Shown here: positions 37,932 to 46,716 of the stretch, piece by piece
Numbering within the stretch: position 1 is the first letter of the stretch
Layout: the number at the start of each line of letters is the position of its first letter
Virus record (IMG/VR): IMGVR_UViG_3300031652_000006
Span: 1 to 51,783 of that record
Strand: one strand, 5' to 3'
Source: a virus
Taxonomy: Duplodnaviria > Caudoviricetes
Length of the DNA: 51,783 nt
Program-made: the position numbers and the translations under genes
Notes under the pieces: model-generated
What the model saw: the letters and a program-made list of their open reading frames with translations, nothing else
The model's database searches: none
What the model was told of the DNA's origin: nothing

Positions 37932-38327
37932 TTAATCTTCTTTTGTGATTAATTTTAAATTAGGCTTGGCGGGTTTGACAGTCAAGCACTCATCAAAAAT
38001 ATCTTTTACTTTCTGTGGCAATGCATCATATACCGCTTTGTTTAAATTATACTTTTGGCGCACTACACTTTCTTTATATTGTTTAGGTAAATCATCACAT
38101 ATTTCATCAAAAACCGTCGAATCAATTGATCGTGTGTATGTTTGAACACATTTCAGACTCACCTGATCAGAAAAAATTACTTCTCTTGTGCCTTCCTGAT
38201 CTTTTTGAAAAATTTTTAAGAAAATTTGATCGCGTATTTTACTCTCCTTTTCTTTTAAATCTTTTAACTGTTTTGTCAGTTCGTTCCAACGCTTAATCAA
38301 TTCTTTATCTTTTTTTGTTAATAACAC
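37932..38327 (-). CDS. Phage hypothetical protein of the replication/recombination module
   Basis: LKEKE..R..EGT..FDECLTVKPAKPNLK. Confidence 0.7.
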   Translation of the reverse strand: MLLTKKDKELIKRWNELTKQLKDLKEKESKIRDQIFLKIFQKDQEGTREVIFSDQVSLKCVQTYTRSIDSTVFDEICDDLPKQYKESVVRQKYNLNKAVYDALPQKVKDIFDECLTVKPAKPNLKLITKED

Positions 38328-38352
38328 TTAAATTAATCCTTTTATTTACCGG

Positions 38353-38577
38353 CTATTCTATCTTGTTTACCAGGTTTACTATCTCATGTAGCCGTGTTTT
38401 TATTTTTACCCGCAAACTTATGTTAGATTCTTCAATTTCATCATAGCTATTAAAATCAATTATAGTTCTATCATGTAATAGCCTGTTAAAAACTTCTAAA
38501 AATTGATTTTCGTTTTCGTCTACCGCTATTTTCAGTTCAGCCTGTAAAAGCCAAGGCTTTATAATTGTATACTTCAT
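38353..38577 (-). CDS. Hypothetical protein
   Basis: Overlapping start/stop with neighbours. Confidence 0.6.
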   Translation of the reverse strand: MKYTIIKPWLLQAELKIAVDENENQFLEVFNRLLHDRTIIDFNSYDEIEESNISLRVKIKTRLHEIVNLVNKIE

Positions 38578-38759
38578 ATATTTTTCCTTCTAAAACGAAT
38601 ATTTCTTGTAACATCATTCGATATACTTTTTTTCAAAACAATGTTTATTATATTCATAATTCGTATAACTAACAATAAACAAACGATATTGAATAAAATA
38701 ATTAGTAATAGTATACAATAAAGCATTCTTAAACTTTCGACATTGACTTGAGCCAACAC
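38574..38759 (-). CDS. Small membrane protein
   Basis: One hydrophobic helix and a basic tail. Confidence 0.5.
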   Translation of the reverse strand: MLAQVNVESLRMLYCILLLIILFNIVCLLLVIRIMNIINIVLKKSISNDVTRNIRFRRKNI

Positions 38760-39031
38760 TTGTCACTTATCTTATTTATAATAGCCTGTAAAGCTTTTTT
38801 TGCATCATAAAAATTAGTAAACCAAAAATGTGGATTGAAAGAAACGTCAACATTAACAGTAGTACTATCTTTTGAATTAACTAGTACTATTTCAGGTTCA
38901 CTACCATTCAGTACACTAAAACGTGTTACTGTATATTCTTGTATCATATCATCGACAGATTCAGTACCTTCCAAATGATACACAGGTTTATTTTGTAAAG
39001 CACACTGGCACAACTCAAGTACTTCAATCAT
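38729..39031 (-). CDS. Hypothetical protein
   Basis: ORF in operon. Confidence 0.65.
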   Translation of the reverse strand: MIEVLELCQCALQNKPVYHLEGTESVDDMIQEYTVTRFSVLNGSEPEIVLVNSKDSTTVNVDVSFNPHFWFTNFYDAKKALQAIINKISDKCWLKSMSKV

Positions 39032-39122
39032 TATTTATACCCTTTTCCTTATCAAATTCTACAACACGATAGCGATCGAAGTCGTTTTCTTACCAATATA
39101 ATACTAGTTTATCCCGTCTCAT
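39024..39122 (-). pseudogene. Degenerate remnant resembling the 'RPDKPGYWW' family
   Basis: MRRDKLVLYW*ENDFDRY..; ATGA-coupled start; TAA at 39090-39092. Confidence 0.45.
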
Positions 39123-39340
39123 TGATTCACCTTCACTAAGCTTTCACACCAGTTTATCGGTACTAACTTTTCGTCTTTACTACTATCGCTTGAGTACCAA
39201 TAGCCATCGTTGGGTGAATATTCCGGCACATGCAACTTCGGTTTTTCGAAGTATGCGTATATTTCGCAATCTGAGTCAACGGCTATATACGTGCAACCAT
39301 CTGGCACCACGACATCCATAGTTATTTTCACGGTTTTCAT
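39119..39340 (-). CDS. Hypothetical protein, 'YxAVD...NW' family
   Basis: MKTVKITMDVVVPD..YIAVDSD..INWCESL. Confidence 0.8.
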   Translation of the reverse strand: MKTVKITMDVVVPDGCTYIAVDSDCEIYAYFEKPKLHVPEYSPNDGYWYSSDSSKDEKLVPINWCESLVKVNQ

Positions 39341-39344
39341 AAAT

Positions 39345-39551
39345 TTAAACCAAGCACAAGTTAATATACCTCATTAAAAGTACAAGTAATATCACCACAA
39401 ATAATGTTAGTGTCAATATCCCCTCAGCTCTTTTCAAAAATTCGTTTATGCTATCCAGTTTATCTGGTTTATTCTTCATCGTCGCCCCCATCAAGCAAGT
39501 ACTCTTTAACGTCTTTATATTTAACCCAATCGCCATCATTAATATCATCAT
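39345..39551 (-). CDS. Small membrane protein (true start probably MKNKPDK)
   Basis: C-terminal hydrophobic helix. Confidence 0.5.
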   Translation of the reverse strand: MMILMMAIGLNIKTLKSTCLMGATMKNKPDKLDSINEFLKRAEGILTLTLFVVILLVLLMRYINLCLV

Positions 39552-39792
39552 ATTTGTCGCTACACTCTAGACCTGAGTAAGTGAGTTCATATCGTTGCAC
39601 TTTTTTGGGCGGGCACGCTGGGCCAAGCCACCTGAAAAACCAAGGGGTTTTTTCTATTGCGCTAAGCGTACATAATTGAGGGTAACAAAGCAATTTTTGT
39701 TCACTGTTAAAATTAACATATTGTATTACAGCTTCTCCATTGTTTGTTCCATACCACCAGTGTCCAGGTTTATCTGGTCTATTCTGCATCAT
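39469..39792 (-). CDS. Hypothetical protein, 'RPDKPGxWW' family
   Basis: RPDKPGHWWY..WLGPACPPKKVQRY..WVKYKDVKEYL. Confidence 0.8.
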   Translation of the reverse strand: MMQNRPDKPGHWWYGTNNGEAVIQYVNFNSEQKLLCYPQLCTLSAIEKTPWFFRWLGPACPPKKVQRYELTYSGLECSDKYDDINDGDWVKYKDVKEYLLDGGDDEE

Positions 39793-39890
39793 CGTCTCCG
39801 ATCAGATACTCTTTTACGTCGTCGTAACGTATCCATGTTCTCTATTTCTGTATCACTTTGTCGATTCATCATACCATACTCAACTTAGTG

Positions 39891-40178
39891 TTAGTCATCG
39901 ATGTCCATCCAGAGTAACAAGGCAGCGTCGACAACTTCCGGTATTCTTGTCGTTATAGGACCTTGCTGAAGAACTTGATACCTGTCAACCTTCTTCGACG
40001 GATGCGCCTGGCCGAGCCATTCGCCGAAATCTGACGAACATTCGAATACCGAAACACGAACAGGACGATGATTCTTAATTACGCATAATTCACAAGAATA
40101 TCCATCAAAAATATCAGCGATTCTTTCCGTCCCATAAGATGTTTTGTACCACCAATACCCTGGCTTATCCGGTCTCAT
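39891..40178 (-). CDS. Hypothetical protein, 'RPDKPGxWW' family; C-terminus disrupted
   Basis: ATG 40178 after GGAGG; out-of-frame WIRYDDVKEYL remnant near 39779-39840. Confidence 0.75.
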   Translation of the reverse strand: MRPDKPGYWWYKTSYGTERIADIFDGYSCELCVIKNHRPVRVSVFECSSDFGEWLGQAHPSKKVDRYQVLQQGPITTRIPEVVDAALLLWMDIDD

Positions 40179-40378
40179 CACTTCACCTCCGTGAATGTTT
40201 CGCGCCAGTTGATAACCTTGGCATGGTGGATCGTATTCCATTTTGTATTCCTCGGAACGGGCATTTCCTAATTCCAATCATCACGTAGTCGGTACGATGC
40301 AAGCCCATTCACATCAACAGCCGCATGAGATGCATCGTCTGGCACATCGACCTCAATCATTATTTTCACGGTTTTCAT
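40178..40378 (-). pseudogene. 'YxAVD...NW' family gene with a single in-frame TAG (pseudogene or read-through)
   Basis: MKTVKIMIEVDVPDDASHAAVDVNG..WN*EMP..INWRETFTEVK; SD AAGGAG; TAG at 40268-40270. Confidence 0.8.
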
Positions 40379-40545
40379 TTATTTTCTCCTTGTCGCTCTA
40401 GACTAACACACAAAAAATAACCAGGTGTTGCTATCTACAAGCTAACGGACACACCCGGAAAATCCGGCCTCAATCAGCGTGCCTAAGGCGCCGGCACCGT
40501 TTAGCTAGGTGCACTAAACTAGTCAAAGCCACGGAGGACAATGGC

Positions 40546-40589
40546 CTTGACTTAGTAATATATTGCATGCAATATATTACCTTGTCAAG
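40546..40589. promoter_or_regulatory. Palindromic overlapping divergent promoters / operator
   Basis: Perfect 26-bp palindrome 40555-40580 flanked by TTGACT (+) and TTGACA (-), at the strand switch. Confidence 0.8.
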
Positions 40590-40605
40590 CTTGAAGGAGG
40601 GCAAC

Positions 40606-40794
40606 TTGTTAAAAAAAGATCTGCTGGCAATCACCTTAGAAAAATTTAAAGAGTGTAACAAAACGTTTTTAGAGATCAGTGAAGAAACCGGACTACCTTA
40701 TCACTGGTTAACAAAACTAAGATGGATCAAAAATCCATCTGTTAAAAGAGTACAAAAATTGTATGAATATCTGACAGGTAAGGATCTTGTCTAA
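40606..40794 (+). CDS. Cro-like HTH regulator
   Basis: TTG start after AAGGAGG; EISEETGLPYHWL..NPSVKRVQKLYEYL. Confidence 0.85.
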   Translation: MLKKDLLAITLEKFKECNKTFLEISEETGLPYHWLTKLRWIKNPSVKRVQKLYEYLTGKDLV

Positions 40795-42977
40795 TGCTAC
40801 CACGCGAGCTTAAAAAGCTCACACAGTGGTGTGTCAGTGTGTCTCCACAAGACAAGGCACCGCGACAACCAAATGGTGAATACGCATCTGTGAATAATCC
40901 TGCAACTTGGTCAACGTACGAAGAATGTAAAAAATCTGGCTATAAATTAATAGGCTTTGTGTTTAGTGATGATGACCCGTATACATGCATTGACTTAGAT
41001 GACCATGATGACAAGCCTGCCACTGAAGAGCAAAAAAGAAGATTTTCCAAAATAATAAAATATGCAAAATCATACGCAGAAGTCAGTCTTAATAAAAAAG
41101 GTTACCATGTAATTATTAAAGGAAAAACATCAAACGGGTTTCATAAGGATAATATCGAATTATTTTCTCAAGGAAAGTATGTTATTCTAACCGGTGATCC
41201 CCATGTGAAAAAACCGATAGCAAGACGACAAAAGCTCATAGACACGCTGTGCACTGAATACCTGGCAGTAAGCAACAGCATAGCACAGAATCAACGTGAT
41301 GGCTCGGTTATGATGAGTGATGGCGACCTGGTTCACAGGGCAGGACACGCCACAGACGGCGACAAATTCAAACGTTTATGCTTTGGCGATTGGCAAGCTG
41401 ACTATTCGAGCCAATCCGAAGCGGACCTAGCTCTGTTTTCAATACTTTGCTTTTATACAAAAAATGATGAACAAGTCATACGTATATTTAGATCTACGGA
41501 ATTGGGTAAACGATCAAAAGCACAACGCGACGCTTATATGCAATACAATCTTAGAAGAGCACGCTCAACAGAAATACCAAAAGTAGACATGGAGGAATTT
41601 CAAAAGACACTCCGCGTTGAATCAATTAATAAAACGAAGAAAAAGTCAACAAAAAAAGAATGGATCTCCTCGCCTGGTTTAATCGGTGAAATAGAAAACT
41701 ATATTTATAACAGTGCGGCCAAACCAGTGCATGTTATAGCAGAAGCGGCCGCGCGTTCTTTTATATCAGGTATAGCCGGTCGTGCTTATAATATTAGTAA
41801 TACAGGTCTTAATCAATACATAATCTTAATAGCCAGTACCGGCAAAGGCAAAGAGGCGATGGCAAGTGGAATCGAAAGACTAGTCTCCGCCATACGCCCA
41901 AAATATCCAGCTATTGACGTGAGAATTGGGCCAGGTAATTTTGCTAGCGGACAAGCTATATTAAGAAATGTTGATCGGCAAAAATGTTGTGTGGCAATAT
42001 TAGGCGAAATAGGCCAGACATTAAAAATTATATCGGACGCACGCGCCTCGAACGCTGAAAAAATGATATTAAAAGTATTACTAGACTTATACGGCAAAAG
42101 CGGTGCTAGTCATGTATTACGCGCTAACGTATACTCAAATTCAGAAAAAGATACGCGTGTTGTACAATCACCTGCATTAACAATACTAGGTGAAAGTAAT
42201 CCACAAACATTTTTTGAAGGTATGACTGAAACACTAATAACAAATGGTTTAATACCGAGATTCACAGTCATGAATTATGCAGGTAAGCGAGTTGCTACAA
42301 ACCGCAATGCTTTTTTCAAACCGGAGGACAAACTTATTAAAAAAATAATAAGATTAGCTTATATTACTTCCGATATAGAGCACAAAAACCTAATAAAGAA
42401 TATACAAGTCTCCACAAAAGGTATGAAACGAATACACGACTTTGATCAATATGTGGATGAGCTTATCAACAGATCAACCGACGGGGTACATGCGCAATTG
42501 TGGAACCGTGTCGGCTTAAAGGTGTTGAAATTAGCCGGTATCGGTGCCGTCGGTTTAAACGTAGATAATCCGGTTGTTTCCACGTGGGTTGTTGACTGGG
42601 CTATCAGAGAAGTAGTCGGAGAGACAAAAACTTTTTTAAAAATATTTAACGATGGCGCATTTGCCGCTGGTAATTTACGTCAAGAGAATGATATTATTAG
42701 GGTGATGCAGGAGTACGAAAGAATGTCTGTTGAAAAAAGGAGATCTTATTATGTACCGAAAAAAATAATAGGTGAGAAACGTTTGATACCGTTCGACTAT
42801 ATTAGACGTCGTGTAAGACGTCTAAACAGTTTTAGTAATGATAGACGAGGTGAGGTAAAAGCGTTACGAGATCTAATGCGAGAATTGGTGGAGTCGGGTC
42901 GCGTGTTACAAATGGCACCTTCGGATGTGTCTGATAAGTACGGCTTATGGACTTCACTCTATGTTTTTAAATGGTAA
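40794..42977 (+). CDS. Primase-polymerase fused to a P-loop helicase-like (DUF3987-like) domain
   Basis: LPRELK..QW, IDLD, YAEVS..GYH, SQSEAD, ASTGKGKE, NGLIPRF. Confidence 0.9.
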   Translation: MLPRELKKLTQWCVSVSPQDKAPRQPNGEYASVNNPATWSTYEECKKSGYKLIGFVFSDDDPYTCIDLDDHDDKPATEEQKRRFSKIIKYAKSYAEVSLNKKGYHVIIKGKTSNGFHKDNIELFSQGKYVILTGDPHVKKPIARRQKLIDTLCTEYLAVSNSIAQNQRDGSVMMSDGDLVHRAGHATDGDKFKRLCFGDWQADYSSQSEADLALFSILCFYTKNDEQVIRIFRSTELGKRSKAQRDAYMQYNLRRARSTEIPKVDMEEFQKTLRVESINKTKKKSTKKEWISSPGLIGEIENYIYNSAAKPVHVIAEAAARSFISGIAGRAYNISNTGLNQYIILIASTGKGKEAMASGIERLVSAIRPKYPAIDVRIGPGNFASGQAILRNVDRQKCCVAILGEIGQTLKIISDARASNAEKMILKVLLDLYGKSGASHVLRANVYSNSEKDTRVVQSPALTILGESNPQTFFEGMTETLITNGLIPRFTVMNYAGKRVATNRNAFFKPEDKLIKKIIRLAYITSDIEHKNLIKNIQVSTKGMKRIHDFDQYVDELINRSTDGVHAQLWNRVGLKVLKLAGIGAVGLNVDNPVVSTWVVDWAIREVVGETKTFLKIFNDGAFAAGNLRQENDIIRVMQEYERMSVEKRRSYYVPKKIIGEKRLIPFDYIRRRVRRLNSFSNDRRGEVKALRDLMRELVESGRVLQMAPSDVSDKYGLWTSLYVFKW

Positions 42978-42994
42978 AATAAAGGAGGTTTGCT

Positions 42995-43204
42995 GTGAAA
43001 ATAAAAATAGATTCAGATGGTTTTTTGGTGATTCAAAGAGGAACTGAATTTAGAGGAGTACACTGTCCGCTGATAAAAGATGAATAGTGTGGGGACTGGT
43101 GCGCGCTATTTGGTGAGCCAAAATTAATTAACAAAAATATATTGGTTGAGCTTTGTTATAAAACACTAAGTGTAAAAAAAGAAGACTTTGAGGATAAACG
43201 ATAA
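42995..43204 (+). pseudogene. Cys-rich protein gene with a single in-frame TAG (pseudogene or read-through)
   Basis: SD AAGGAGG and GTG start; MKIKIDSDGFLVIQRG..HCPLIKDE*CGDWCALFGEP..; final TAA overlaps next ATG. Confidence 0.75.
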
Positions 43205-43437
43205 TGAAAGATAATATAAAAAAAATAGTTCCAAGCAATTGTGAAGAATATAGGGTGCACGTAGGAAAAAGATGTTACTCTATAAATATTTCTGTCGATG
43301 CAACATTAAAAGAAATACAAAAGGCACTAACAGATGTTTTAATAAACGATATGCGTATAGACAAGATAATGAGAATAGCAGATAATCTTTTCAAGCAAAC
43401 AAAAATTGATCTCTGTAGTCAGTATAAGAAATTTTAA
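43204..43437 (+). CDS. Hypothetical protein
   Basis: TAATG coupling; GAGG upstream. Confidence 0.6.
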   Translation: MKDNIKKIVPSNCEEYRVHVGKRCYSINISVDATLKEIQKALTDVLINDMRIDKIMRIADNLFKQTKIDLCSQYKKF

Positions 43438-43449
43438 AGAGAAACGATA

Positions 43450-43713
43450 ATGTGTTTATTAAACAAAGAATGTAAAACAGAAAAAGCAATCGCGATAAGA
43501 ATTCACCAGGAGTGCTTAGCCTATATAAAAGACAACGATATACGCATAACCTATTTGGCCCTACACTTAGATCTACTGTTGCCGGAAGTTAAACGTTTAC
43601 TCGAACAAAAGTACTGGGGAATAGAGAAAGCAATGCGTATAGCATCAGCCTTAGACTTTAATTTATCGATGACAATATATTATCCTAATTCACATATTCC
43701 GAGTGGTTTATAA
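43450..43713 (+). CDS. Putative XRE-type HTH protein
   Basis: LALHL..EVKRLL..IEKAMRIASALD. Confidence 0.55.
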   Translation: MCLLNKECKTEKAIAIRIHQECLAYIKDNDIRITYLALHLDLLLPEVKRLLEQKYWGIEKAMRIASALDFNLSMTIYYPNSHIPSGL

Positions 43714-44017
43714 TATGGCAATACAAATAAATACTGTATATCCGATATTCGGTGGAACACTAGACGGTACAAATACAGAAATACTCAGGCCTTATTTAGA
43801 ATATGACGTCAAGTCAGTGACACCTGCTAACGTTCTTAACTTCGATAAAGATATTGATCCGAATAGTAACTTCGAATTGGAAAAAGAAATTTATAAAAGA
43901 GCAACTTTTATAAATCCAAAAAATAACGAAAAAATTGTCGTGTATATATTCATGGGTTACTATGCGAAAATTGAAAAACAAATTTTACAAGAGTTATCTG
44001 AACGCTGGGGTCTATAG
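43703..44017 (+). CDS. Hypothetical protein
   Basis: FGGTLDG motif; operon context. Confidence 0.65.
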   Translation: MVYNMAIQINTVYPIFGGTLDGTNTEILRPYLEYDVKSVTPANVLNFDKDIDPNSNFELEKEIYKRATFINPKNNEKIVVYIFMGYYAKIEKQILQELSERWGL

Positions 44018-44248
44018 ATGAAACAATATAAAGAAATAGAAATAACAATAAAAGTAAAAGTACCGACTGAAGCTAAATACATAGCAGTAGATAGCAATGG
44101 AACAATAAACGCTTTCGACTTAGAACCAATTTTGTATGAACCATGTTATAGTCCAGAGGACAATTTTTGGTGTGTTAGACATCCGTCAATGTTTTTGGAA
44201 AGAGTAGTCCCAAGTAATTTTCGCGAAACTTTGATAAAAATAGATTAG
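44018..44248 (+). CDS. Hypothetical protein, 'YxAVD...NW' family
   Basis: KYIAVDSNG..YSPEDNFW..SNFRETL. Confidence 0.8.
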   Translation: MKQYKEIEITIKVKVPTEAKYIAVDSNGTINAFDLEPILYEPCYSPEDNFWCVRHPSMFLERVVPSNFRETLIKID

Positions 44249-44250
44249 CT

Positions 44251-44688
44251 ATGAGACCAACATTTAACGATATTTATATGAAAATGGCTGAATTGATCGC
44301 TATGCGATCAACATGCAGTAGGAGACAAGTCGGTTGTATTATTACTACGTTTGATAATACAAGGGTACTGTCGGTTGGGTATAACGGAAACGCAAAAGGA
44401 CTTCCTAATCAATGTGATAATCCGACAGAACATGGAAAGTGTGGATGTATACATGCTGAAGAAAATGCGTTAATCGCGTGTTCGGAACTTGCAATAACCC
44501 CTAAGAAAGTGTTTGTGACGGTCTTTCCATGCGTGATGTGTTTGAAGAAAATTGTTCAGTTACAAAATGTAAAGGAAATTCACTTTTTGGATGACTATTA
44601 TGGAAATAATTTTACTTTTGAAACAAATATATTGCTACTAAAACATACATACAGTGATTATTATCATAATGATAAAAATAAGAAATAA
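44251..44688 (+). CDS. dCMP deaminase
   Basis: RSTC..VG, GYNG, HAEENA, PCVMC. Confidence 0.95.
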   Translation: MRPTFNDIYMKMAELIAMRSTCSRRQVGCIITTFDNTRVLSVGYNGNAKGLPNQCDNPTEHGKCGCIHAEENALIACSELAITPKKVFVTVFPCVMCLKKIVQLQNVKEIHFLDDYYGNNFTFETNILLLKHTYSDYYHNDKNKK

Positions 44689-45259
44689 AGAAGATTTTTA
44701 TAAACAAGCAGCATTAGGATTTTGTGGAAACACAATGCGCACGTGGTCATCTGTAAAAGAATATTGGCCTTATAGATTACAGTATCCACAAGTGGGTTTA
44801 CGTCGCACAATAATTAATCACAAAGATAGTTTCGCCAGAATACCATGGGAACAATTAATAAGCAAATTGGATATATATGATATAAAAGAGGGTACATATA
44901 TTATATCAGAAATACCAGATCCAGGTATAGAAGGGAGAAACGGCCTACAAGGTGAACTAACTTGGGGTAGTTTTAATAAAGGTGCAGATGCCGGTTTTAT
45001 TTTTTATTATACAAAAACTCTTGGCTACATGCGACACAGACTAGAAGAGTCAGGCGCAATGGCGTATGGCTTTGAAGCTGTAGATCTAATTAGGCGCCAC
45101 TGCGACGATAATGATTATGAGATGCTGATGAATCTATTCGATTATTATAGCGATTTATCCACATGTGATTATCCTGTGATTGAGTTTGCAATAATGAACA
45201 AGAGTTGTGGGGTTCTAAATAGACATTTGGTTATATGGGAGATAAGAAATGGTTACTAA
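44669..45259 (+). CDS. Phage hypothetical protein, possibly an enzyme
   Basis: GN..RTW, QGEL, VIEF, IWEIR motifs; function not recognised. Confidence 0.65.
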   Translation: MIKIRNKEDFYKQAALGFCGNTMRTWSSVKEYWPYRLQYPQVGLRRTIINHKDSFARIPWEQLISKLDIYDIKEGTYIISEIPDPGIEGRNGLQGELTWGSFNKGADAGFIFYYTKTLGYMRHRLEESGAMAYGFEAVDLIRRHCDDNDYEMLMNLFDYYSDLSTCDYPVIEFAIMNKSCGVLNRHLVIWEIRNGY

Positions 45260-45295
45260 TATTGGACTCGTTAAGACAGAAAGGTAAAGCGAAAA

Positions 45296-45523
45296 ATGGG
45301 TGATCAAAACTGGGAAAAAGGTTGGTTGGATGAAGTTCTCTCTCAAGCCGATCAAGTGGTAAAAAGTTGGCCTTCCTGTATGCGAGAACCTGAAATGAGA
45401 TACCCACTTAATCGTCACAGGGAAACTTACGGCGCATCGCCAAATATTACTGAAGAGGTTAATATCACGGCCAAACTGGCAAGCGGTCAAAAAAATGAAA
45501 CACCGAAATACTGCTACAAATGA
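45296..45523 (+). CDS. Hypothetical protein
   Basis: ORF in operon. Confidence 0.6.
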   Translation: MGDQNWEKGWLDEVLSQADQVVKSWPSCMREPEMRYPLNRHRETYGASPNITEEVNITAKLASGQKNETPKYCYK

Positions 45524-45803
45524 AAGTTTAAAATCAATGAAAGTATCTATATGGCTAATACTGATATTAACTATATCCACAGTGGTAGTTGCTATTACGC
45601 GACACGATTCGATGGAACCCGTGTGGTTACAGCTTATGATTATCGTGCTGGCCGCGCTGGGGCTACTAATGGAAGAAAAAGCATCAACTAAGGATAAGAG
45701 AAAAAATGAAGGTAATTATAAATGCAAGGTTCGGTGGGTGACGAGGTCGGGATGTCTGAGGAAGAATGGACTGAAATCTTGGCAACAAAGCCTAGGGTTT
45801 TAG
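45495..45803 (+). CDS. Two-TM membrane protein
   Basis: Two hydrophobic helices. Confidence 0.55.
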   Translation: MKHRNTATNESLKSMKVSIWLILILTISTVVVAITRHDSMEPVWLQLMIIVLAALGLLMEEKASTKDKRKNEGNYKCKVRWVTRSGCLRKNGLKSWQQSLGF

Positions 45804-45879
45804 TTATGTATCCTAAGTAAAAAATTAAATTTTATTAAATATGTGCTCAACACCAATACATTTTCTATGTCTGTTCGCT

Positions 45880-46207
45880 AAAAGTAGGGGACGAAATTTA
45901 ATACGCGTCCCCTACTTCTTCCCCTATTTTCTCCCTAAAAAATATCAAATATATCAGACACTTAACTCTTTTTTTGGACTAGGGGACGAAAAATGGAAAA
46001 TAGATGAAAATGAAGTGCTATATATTGAGAGATTTTCTCCCCTCTCTTTTTCTTCCCCTATACCCTATATTATATATATATATATGTATATATTATATAT
46101 TTTTAGGGAACAGAGTAGGGGACAAAATAGGGGAATAGGGGAAGATTAAGCATGTTTTTGTGTGCAACTAACTGAAATCACTGTGGAAAATACCGTCCCC
46201 TACTTTT
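45880..46207. other. Putative replication origin
   Basis: Multiple TAGGGGA(CG) iterons on both strands around an alternating-AT core. Confidence 0.7.
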
Positions 46208-46705
46208 TTGGAGCGAATTATGAAAAAAATAGACAATTATATTAAATTAAATAAGAATAAAAAAATAGAATTGAAAAAAGCGTTGACCATAAAAGATAAA
46301 CATATAAAAACTCAAATAGCCATTACGGTAGGTCGAACTAGTTTACGAAGTATAAGTAGGCTTGGTTTGGACAACACATTAATGAGATTAATAATTGAAT
46401 GTGATGATGAAATAAATAAATTATATAAAATAAAATGTATATACAACGATATACTTTATAAAAATGAGTCTTTAAATAAATCAATAAAAGAATATAATAT
46501 AAATAAAAAAAGTGCTATAGATTATTTGGAGCGTACTATTACAAAGTGCACTCAATGCGGTAATGATACTAAAAAAACTATTTACTTTAAAAATGAATTT
46601 TTGTGTCGAAATTGTTTGTGCCCAAATGAAGATCATGGTAGATTACTAGTTATTACTGTGGAGAATTTACATACGATGCATTGCGGTGATTTTATGAAAC
46701 GATAA
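46208..46705 (+). CDS. Hypothetical protein with C-terminal Zn finger
   Basis: CTQC..CRNC. Confidence 0.65.
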   Translation: MERIMKKIDNYIKLNKNKKIELKKALTIKDKHIKTQIAITVGRTSLRSISRLGLDNTLMRLIIECDDEINKLYKIKCIYNDILYKNESLNKSIKEYNINKKSAIDYLERTITKCTQCGNDTKKTIYFKNEFLCRNCLCPNEDHGRLLVITVENLHTMHCGDFMKR

Positions 46706-46716
46706 AGGAGAACAAA

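Noticed and set aside
40395-40553. tRNA or known riboswitch
   Set aside because: No T-loop GTTCRA or cloverleaf and no aptamer consensus recognised by eye; kept only as an unclassified structured leader.
45841-46149. 102-aa ORF
   Set aside because: Runs through iterons and the (TA)n tract, gives low-complexity translation, and has no RBS.
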